64,000 bases of DNA, taken from the NCBI GenBank assembly GCA_951406725.2, contig OX597814.1, forward strand, positions 181,598,001-181,662,000, given 5' to 3'. Shown here one piece after another: positions 51,901 to 62,518 of the stretch. This stretch comes from Octopus vulgaris (Eukaryota). How positions within the stretch are numbered: position 1 is the first letter of the stretch; the number at the start of each line of letters is the position of its first letter. The notes under the pieces are model-generated. The model did not search any database and had not been told where the DNA came from. It was given only the letters and a program-made list of their open reading frames with translations. The position numbers were made by a program, and so were the translations under genes.

Positions 51901-54900
51901 TTTATCAACCCCAAAAGGTTGAAAGGCAAAAATCAACCCCAGCAGGATTTGAACTCAGTACACAAAGAGGCAAAAGTGCTGCTAAGCATTTTGTCCAGTA
52001 CAGTAATGATTTTGCCAGCTCACCACCCTAATTTAATTTATTTCTGTATTGCCCACACAAGGGGCTAAACATAGAGGGAACAAACAAGGACAGACAAGGG
52101 GATTATGTCGATTACATCAACCGCAGTGATTAACAGGTACTTATTTAATCGACCCCGAAAGGATGAAAGGCAAAGTCGACCTCGGCGGAATTTGAACTCA
52201 GAACGTAACGGCAGACGAAATACCTATTTCTTTATTGCCCACAAGGGGCTAAACACAGAGGGGACAAACAAGGACAGACAAGGGGATTAAGTCGATTACA
52301 TCAACCCCAGTGATTAACTGGTACTTATTTAATCAACCCTGAAAGGATGAAAGGCAAAGACGACCTCGGCAGAATTTGAACTCAGAACGTAGCGGCAGAT
52401 GAAATACCGCTAAGCATTTTGCCCGGTGTGCTAACGATTCTGCCAGCTCCCCAACTTTTCACCACCCTAATTAAATAATAGTTTTTACAATTCTCATTAA
52501 ATTTAGAATGGAGATGCTTGAAAAATATGCAAATTACCAACAAAGAAACAAAAGAAAAAAAAATTTATCAAATAAACTACTATAAAAAAAAGAATATCTT
52601 ACTTCGTTGTCACCTTTTCCAGACAATTTATTTTCTAAAAGAACCAGTGTCAGACCAAAGAGAAACAGAAGAAAACCATGACCACTATCACCAAACATTA
52701 CTCCAAACAAAAATGGAAAAGTGATCACAGTATACAGAGCTGCAAAGACAAAATATATACAAAACAGTGAGCATACATGTATATAAGTCAAGGTGCCATC
52801 CTTAGAAAAACAACTCTCAATCAACACAACTTTGTATCAAACACATTAAACAATACACACTAAAGAAAAATATATATTTAAAACTTTTATATACCTGATA
52901 AAATTTGCTCATTTGATTATTAGTTACCATAGCAATGTACACATGCACACACTATCAATTGAGCCAAACTATAAACATTAAAACTGTTCTTTATTAGGTG
53001 GGGTTTTTTTTCAAATAATTTAGGGCTTACAGAGACAAAAATGGTGATGATAAATTTCAAGGGACAAGTTTACCTAGCACATATTAAGGAAGAGAAGAGG
53101 GAGAGATGGAGAGAGAGAACAATAGAACAATGAATGAGGTGGGAAAGGCAAAGTGATAAAAAAAAAAGAGAAAAATGGTAAAAAAAAAAACAGAGAAAAG
53201 TGTTGGAAGAAGGTCAAAAGGAAAAGAAATAAAAGAGAGACAACAAAAGAAAGAAAAATAAAGATAAAGAAAAGGAGACAGAAGACAAAATAAATGATTG
53301 AAGATGGGTAAGTTAAATTACAGTTAACTTTCCTAATGAATAAGTATCAAGAAAATATATTAAAGCAAGTCTGAAGTCTAGTTTCAAACTACTTAGGAAC
53401 AAGTAATGAGCCAGCAACAGGTTTAGCCCTTTAATTTTTAAACTAGTCATATCAAACCCAAATATTCTACATGTTTTATGTTCAAGATCTAGCCTCTCAC
53501 ACCTAGCCTATACAAAGTCATTCTAAAAATGAAAGTCATTCTAAAAATAAACACACCAGCATCGATTGTCAAGCGATGTTGGGGGGACAATCAAACAGCC
53601 AAATCCAAGTCTCGAAATTAGGAAATAATCTATCATTAATTTAAAACAATATGAATAAATAAGTATTACATTTGACAGAATAATCTGAATGCTAAAAGAT
53701 TAGAACTCATTCATTCAAGTACCCCAGTTTACTTACTATAAACTAATTTTTCTTTTTTTATTATTAATTTTATATTTTGCCACGTTGAGACCTATTGAGT
53801 CAAGTACATCAACATCAAAATAAAAATTCAAATAGAAATTGTAGTTAAGACACCCGTGCCAGTGACACGTAAAAAGCACCATCCGAACGTGGCAGATGCC
53901 TGGCTGGCGTCCGTGTCGGTGACACATAAAAGCACCAACCGATCGTGGCTGTTTGCCAGCCTGCTTTGGCCCCTGTGCCGGTGGCACATAAAAAACACCC
54001 ACTACACTCACGGAGTGGTTGGCGTTAGGAAAGGCATCCAGCTGTAGAAACACTGCCAAATCAGACTAGAGCCTAGTGCAGCCTCCACGGCTTCCAGACC
54101 CCGGTCGAACCGTCCAACTCATGCTAGTGTGGAAAACGGACGTTAAATGATAATGATGATGATGTTCTAGAAAGATGTGTTTTAGATTACCTGGATTCAC
54201 TTCTCCATAATCCGCAACACCATATGCATCGACAATTGCTTGAAAACCACTGGTGAATTTATTGTTTTGTATGTAGGTTGGAGGGTTCTCAGTTGTTTGC
54301 ATTCGATGCAAAATATTTGGAGCATGACTACTGCTTACTTCCTATTGAAAACAAAAATTCAAAAATAAACTCACAATTTTAAAATCTAAAAACAGACAGG
54401 AATAAAGTATAAAAACAATTATTTCTATTCTTTATTTCAAAGATTACAATTTCTTTTAAAAATAAATACGTTTTTCCTTTCGAAATTTCTAGCAAGCTGC
54501 ATGAAGACCTCACTAGTACTAGTGGCACTAGATAAAACACCCATAACTTACAGTAGTTGGCATTAAGGACATCCAGCCATAGAAACTATGTCAAAGTAGG
54601 CAGTGGAGCATAACAACACAATCCTTGATGATGATGTTGCATATTGGCATGAACATGTTGGATCCTGTCAAACCATACAACCCATCATTTAATGTCCATT
54701 CTCCATGTTGGCATGGGCTGGAGAGTTTGACAAGAGTTGGCCAGTTGAAGTGCTGCCCGGACTCCATTTGTTTGTTTTGGCCTTCCTAGATGATGATACA
54801 TGTCCCTTGTTTTCAAACCAATTTTCCATAAGGGCATAGGGTGGGCAGGTCCCATCACTTGACAATTTTTCGTCATCTGGCACATACAGCAACACAGAAA

Positions 54901-56812
54901 ACCAGCCAAATTTGTTGTCTGAGTCAGATGCTGAGTCTCATGGAGGAGATGACAAAGGATCAAGATGGTTGGCAATTTGCTATACTCAAGAATCAAAATC
55001 AAATTCGATGACTGGCGTCCATACTAGTGGGGTGCAAAGAGCACCATACGAGTGTGATCATTGACAGAGAAGCTAACCGGCTTCCGTGCTGGTGGCACTT
55101 AAAAGGCACAATTCGAGTGTGATCATTACCAGCATTGCCTTACTGGCACCTGTATTGGTGGCATGTGTAAAAGATTTGAGTGAGGTCATTGCCAGTACCG
55201 CCTGACTGGCCCCGTGTTGGTGGCACGTAAAAGTACCCACTACACTCTCAGAGTGGTTGGCGTTCGGAAGGGCATCCAGCTGTAGAAACTCTGCCAGATC
55301 AAGATTGAAGCCTAGTGCAGCCATCTGGTTCGCCAGCTCTCAGTCAATCGTCCAACCCATGCTAGCATGGAAAGCGGATGTTAAACGATGATGATGATGA
55401 TGATGAAGAAGATGCATCATCCATAACAGCATAAATGAAGTCCCAAAACCATCTTGGTTATGTTTGCTCATGCAGGATCCCTGTACCACCACCTTTCTAC
55501 CTGTCAAGCATTTCCCCCAGTCTTTCCCTCACTTACACCTCCTCATTCTCATCCTTTCCACCATCCTCCAGTTATTTCTTCTCTCTCTCTCCCTCCCTTG
55601 CCATACTTCATCTTAACACCTCCCATATCTGCTACCATTCCCTGTGCTCTCTCTCCTGTCTACCACCATACCCACTCACCATACCACCCTTATGTACCTC
55701 TACATCTCTCTCCCCACCACTCCTAAATATCAGTCATCATTCCCATTTCCCGATCTATCATCCCTGAGTCACTCATCTCACTCCCTCCACCACTACCATT
55801 CATATTTCCATTCAAACTGCTCTTCTACTCCCCGCCTATACATCACTGACTCCAGTCACCTCTGCCACAATCTCTAACCATCTGTTACTCTCCCCTCACA
55901 TTCTTGTAACTGCTTTCACCCCTGATCTACTGTTGGTACACACACATCATTTAAGGGAGACTTTTCCCCTTTTCTTGTTCTTTCCTGTCTTGCAAGTTAC
56001 TTGGCAACCTTACTGGTGCCAGTGGTACAAAACAAGGCACCTAGTACCCATTGTAAAATAGTTGACATTAGGAAGGGCATCCAGTCATAGAAACATGCCA
56101 AAGCTGATATGGAGCACTATGCAGCTCTATTGCTAATCAGATCCTGTCAAACCATCAAACTCATTCCAGCATGAAAGATGGGCATCAATTATTATTATGA
56201 CAATGACGATGATGGCAATGATGATGATGATGAAATGGCAATGATGATGGTGATAATGAAATGACGATGATGATGAAATAACGATGATGATGATGATGAA
56301 ATAACGATGATGATGATGAATGACAATGATGATGATGAAATGATGACGACGATGATGAAATGATGACGACAATTATGAAATGATGACGACGATGATGAAA
56401 TGATGACGACGATGATGAAATGATGATGATGATGATGAAATGATGATGATGATGATGAAATGATGATGATGATGATGAAATGACGATGATGATGATGATG
56501 ATGAAATGATGATGACGATGAAATGACAATGATGAGATACGATGACAATGCAGCAGCAGCAGTAAGCATTTTAACATCCACTTTTCCGTGCTTGCATGAA
56601 TTAGATTAATATGTTTAGATAGATTTTCTACAATCAGATGCTCTGCCTGTCACCAACCCTTACCAGTTTCCAAGAAAGTTAATATTTCTCCTAGTCTTTT
56701 AAACTATGTTAGTACAATGGCTTGACATGTTTTCACAGAAGATTACAAACAAACAATCTTGCTTACATAATAATAACATTTGTTTACAACTGATGTCAAA
56801 ACAAAGAGACAA

Positions 56813-56853
<41 letters not shown>

Positions 56854-59800
56854 ATTAAATTTATGAACCAATAATTTTGATAATAATTAATGGTAATATT
56901 ACTTTGCCATGTTCTAAGGCAGCTTGAACTTTCTCTAAGGCAATCACTGGAGTCCAACCTTCAGCAATGAGACTGTTATGAGAAACATCAAAATTAAACA
57001 TGTTCAAGGTGTGGTAGATCGCTTTAATCTTCTCCACTTTGGTCCGCCACACATAAAGCTCTTTCTTGGCATTCGTCAAGACACGGATTCGATGCTCTTT
57101 AGTTTGTGCAAGAACCTGTAAATAAAATGATAATTCTATATTTAGGTATACATGGAGGTGTTTTGTTTTTTGTGCATCTTTTTTATCATCATTATTCATA
57201 AGAAAATGGGCTTTGCTTAACTCCAATACTCTCTTTTGCTTGTTTCAGTCATGTGACTATGATCATGCTGGAGCACCACCTTTAGCAACTCGACCCTAGG
57301 GCTTATTCTATCGGTCTCTTTTGCCGAACTGCTAAGTTACGGGGATGTAACCACACCAGCATTGGTTGTCAAGCGATGTTGGGAGGACAAACAGACACAC
57401 AAACATACATATATATATATATATACATATACATGATGGGCATCTTTCAGTTTCCATCAACCAAATCCACTCACAAGGCTTTGGTCGGCCCGAGGCTATA
57501 GTAGAAGACACTTCCCTAAGGTGCCACGCAGTGGGACTGAACCCGGAACCATGTGGTTTGTAAGCAAGCTACTTACCACACAGCCACTCCTACTACCATA
57601 TTTCTTTGTTTCAATTAATTTTAAAAATCATGAAGAATTTAACAAAATAACTTTGTTGTTCTTAATCTTGTGTTTGGAACACAAATTAACAAGAAATTTT
57701 AATGGAAAATTATAATTTAGATCACTTTAAAATAGGAAGTTTGTATCCTGGAAACAAGGACAACCTGGAAACAAGGACATCCTGGAAACAAGGACAACCT
57801 CAAGTATCAAAAGGGGTAAAGTCATTAGTGATGAAATATCTTAGATCAGATATAAATCAATGATCTGATTTGATTGATCTGAAGTCAAAATAATAAGAGA
57901 TTACTGGAATGCAAGAAGATAGGTGAAGGAAAATAGCTTTACAGGGCAATCATTCTTGGAATGAAAGCTAACATAGGGTTTGAGGAAAAACAATACAAGT
58001 GCCATTTTCACATGATTCTTGCTTCATAAAGTTTAAGATAGAGATCTAAATTTCTTAATCTCATTACATGATTTATAGCTAAAACATAGAACTATTTTAA
58101 AATGTGAAAATTTTAAATGCAAAAGAACAAATATACAATATTATTTTAAACATACTTACAATATTTAAGTCTAGCAAACGATTTGTGACTCCAGTCAGAG
58201 TTTCTTGGCGATCTTGAGCAGTGTCAGGACATGGGTAAACATTGGCATGAAAACTGAAAGTATAATAGTTTTACTTTAACATAATGCTTTCATAATACAC
58301 TTTTACTTGTTTCAGTCATTTGACTGTGGCCATGCTGGAGCACCGCCTTTAGTCAAGCAAATCGACCCCAGGACTTATTCTTTGTAAGGCAAAGGGTTAA
58401 TAGAAGTACAGTAGGGTGAAGTGTTTCAGAAAATAGGAAATCAATGTGATATCGGTGGAAAAAGTAAATCAGACCCAATTGATTGTGCAGAAAGATGTTC
58501 CCCACTTCAAAAGAAATGGTAAGTGCACCAAATTTGACACCAGTCATCAATCACCAGAGGTATTTGCACATTGTAAAACTGCAAATAAGACAAGGCATGG
58601 AGGAAGCAAAAAACATCAATAAATTTCCAAGTTCTATAAATTTAGCTTCGTTTCCATTATTTTAGTAATTAAGACTGTACACAAATCACATGCAACAAAA
58701 TAAATGTTCCATGGAAATTGAACAAGAGGGTAAAGAAACTGAAGAGGAAGAATAAATAAATTTAATGCATTAATAGAAATAAAAACATGGATTCATGTTC
58801 ATACTTTTCATGCTCATATTTTTCCAGATCATTTTAATTTACATGACTTAGAAGAGGAAATAAGTGCCTGTGATCTTTTTCAGAGCCATCAAAGTAATGG
58901 AAAGAAGTTATCATAAGACCAGAAACCTTGCCCAAATGGTTGCATTGACATGTACTCGGCTAAAAGGCATCCAAGGGCCTGGAAATGGTGTTAAACTTAA
59001 GAACAGTTTATATCTACCACCTAACAATAGGACTTCATACACTTTCTAACAAATCTCACACACACAAAGTTTTGGCAACCTGAGTCTATGATAAAAAAAT
59101 AAGCATGTATCTAAGGTGCCATACAAAGAGATAGAAACTGAAACCACAAAGTTACAAACTAAACTTTTTAATTACAAGGCCATGCTTACATTCCTCATAT
59201 TTCCCATGAGAGAATATCACAAACATTTTCTAATGGGACTGCTATAAAATACTGCTTAGTTTTTGCCATTAACAATAGCCCTCTCATGGGATATATCAAA
59301 GCAAATAGTTTTCGTATAATAAATTTTGTGAAGGAAGACTTGTTTCCTTTATGAATATGACCATCTATATTTGTACACACATACATGAAGATCTAGTCAA
59401 TATCATTTTTGATAATACTGTCTTTCTACATATAGGAAGCTTCTATAAGCTCTAAAGTTGTAAAGAAGGAAAATGATAATAAATTTACTGATTTACCCTT
59501 CACAGATTTTACGAACTCTGTTCTTCAACTGTTCTCCTTGATAAAACACAATGAAAACATTTTTCCTAATTTCATCACCCTGTAAAGAAAATAAATTACA
59601 ATATAAGCAAGTATTTATAATGACATGGTAAGTGAAACACACAAACACAAAAATCTAGCATTTCAATTGTAAAAAGATGTTCTAATATTTAGAACTGCTC
59701 CCTTTGTTGCAGAGAATTTCAATGTTAGAGTTTAATATAGAAAAAGAAATCTGAAAGTATTCTTTGAGAATGAAATTTTAATTTTTTTTAATGATTTTTA

Positions 59801-62480
59801 CATTTTAAAATCTTGAATAAAGGTGGATATCTATTTTCTTGTCCACCTCAATATGTAATAAATTCCAGAGAAGATGGTAGTTAAAAGCTTACTGTAACTG
59901 GGTCAATAAGAGGATTTTTTATTTCATCAAAACGAGGGAAGACATTGCCCCTGCATGCAAACCACATCAGTCTCTCAAAAGCTGGAACTTTCTCTCGTTT
60001 TATAACTCCAGTTATGAACCTTAAATTACAGAGTAAAAGCATAGCTGTAAATTCTTATTTTATTTCCTTATAAGCATGGTAGGGAAAATCAATACTTTTA
60101 TAATAAATGGGTAACTAATTTATTTGAAGTTAAGAATAGATGCTATGATATCTCGATATTACCACTGTATTTTATTCATAGTTGCTCACCTTACTAAATA
60201 CAACAGACATAAAAACAAATTGAAATAAATTAGCATGAATATATTTGCTGTGCTTGAGAAGACCCGGCAAGCATAAGTGAGACCATAACCTTGTGGCCTA
60301 TGCCAGAGATATAACCAGTCCACTTATGCGTGCCTTAACTTCATTGGACACTAAAGTATGCTTGCGAAGACCTGTTGAGGCAAGTGAAATCGAAATCAAA
60401 CTCCGTGACTGGCATCTGTTGCTAGTGGAGCGCTAAGAGTACCATACGAGTGAGATCGTTGCCAGAGCAACAAACTAGCCTTCATGCCGATGGCACGTTA
60501 AAAACACCATTCGAGTGTGATCGTTACCTGCGTCGCCTTACTAGCACTTGTGCTGGTGGCACGTGAAAAAAAACAGACTGGCTCCTGTGCAGGTGGCACA
60601 TAAAAAGCACCATTTGAGCATGGCCGTAGCCAGTACCACCTAACTGGCCCTCGTGCTGGTGCCACGTAAAAGCACCCACTACATTCTCAGAGTGGTTGGC
60701 ATTAGGAAGAGCATCCAGCTGTAGAAACTCTGCTAGATCAGATTGGAGTCTGGTGCAGCCATCTGGTTCGCCAGACCTCAGTCAAATTGTCCAACCCATG
60801 CTAACATGGAAAGTGGACATTAAACGACGATGATGATGACCACAGATGCATATAAGCATTTCTTGTTTATCGCTATAGAATCCCAGTGTATATGTAATGT
60901 TCATAAAATCCCAGAGATCAGATTAGAGTCTGGTGCAGCCATCTGGTTCACCAGTCCTCAGTCAAATTATCCAACCCATGCTAGCATGGAAAGCAGATGT
61001 TAAACGATGATGATATTTAATACAGAAACTATTTTTTAAAAAAACATGCAGAAATGATTATGTGGTCAGGAAAAAAACAATGACATACATTAGTGAATGA
61101 TATATTAGTCACTAATATTATTTTAATTATTTATGAAAAAACTAAGGACACAACTCATGCATGTCTCAGTCATTTTATGACCTCCTCAGCAAAGCAATAA
61201 GCTACATATTTGCCAAAGCACTGATGAATCACTAAATGTATAATGGTTGGTGTATTATTTCATTTAGCATATTAATTGCAGAGAGTATAAAAAGATAAAG
61301 ACTAACATAACTGTTTTTTTAAATGTGAAAGGCATTCAAGTAATTAACAAACCAAAAGTATAAAACTACTTACCCAAGTTGAACAGCTGAGGTTCCAGAA
61401 GTCATGGCTGAATTATCAGGTACCACAGAATAATGATCTTCCATGTATGTTTGAGGCTCCTGAGCATGCTGCCAGAAAGAAAATTCAACTCAGAAAAACT
61501 TCTTCAGATAAATTATTTGTCACAAAAAAAAAAAAAAAAAATTGTTATAGTTCAAAGTCTTTTTTTAACAATTCACTATTCTGCTTTTAATTATCTTTTA
61601 TTAAACAAATATTTTGATGGGAAAAATTGTGCTGCATTTAGAGAATGTGAAGACAAAAAGAAAAAAGGCAATCAAAATTTCAATAAATATACTTACTGCA
61701 GCAAAAAACCCTTGAACCTTTGTCAAAACTTCTTTCAGTTCAGCCAAATCCAAGTAATTTCTCTTGAGAGCAACCTCGTTTACTTTTACTTCCCTTAGTT
61801 CGGATTCCATTTTTTCTAATGAGGCCTGAAAACAATCAGCAGAGTGTAGTTAAACATTAATATATTTTAATTAAATGTATGGTTTACATCATATAATTTT
61901 TCTTTTATTTATTTTTTCCCATGTTTCTGGATTTATCTTACAAGTACTGTCATAACAAGGATTCAATCTAACAGAGTACACTGCCTTTCTTCAGATAAGC
62001 ATGAAGGTTTTAAGAGTTGTGATATTTATGCCTTTAACCCCTTCGTTACTCTAATGGTCTCTTTTGCCGAACTGCTAAGTTACAGGGACGTAAACACACC
62101 AGCATCGGTTGTCAAGCGATGGGGGGACAAACACAGACACACAAACATATAGACACACATATACATATATACGATGGGCTTCTTTCAGTTTCCGTCTACC
62201 AAATCCACTCACAAGGCTTTGGTTGGCCTGAGGCTATAGTAGAAGACACTTGCCCAAGATGCCACGTAGTAGGACTGAACCCAGAACCATGTGGTTCATA
62301 AGCAAGCTACTTACGACACAGCCACTCCTACGCCACTCTCTATTATTTTAATTTTAAATATCTCTATTCTTTACCACTTTTGAAATGAAGCCTGATAGAG
62401 TCTTGCTGGACTATAAATTTGCTGTAGAGTGATAATATATGTTTGATAGAATGGTCAAGCTAACAGTTCATTAAAATTTG

Positions 62481-62518
<38 letters not shown>

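Noticed and set aside
54990-55240. Repeat-spacer-like pattern (also 42990-43145 and 60400-60680) resembling a CRISPR array
   Set aside because: Eukaryotic intron with no cas genes; the spacers are mutually related and the array is internal to a dispersed retroposon.
58300-62055. SINE A half plus a piggyBac right end at about 58390, and a piggyBac left end plus the other SINE half at about 62035, suggesting a rearrangement
   Set aside because: The V-ATPase exons between them are collinear and in frame, and the ends face outward; most likely independent fragments.
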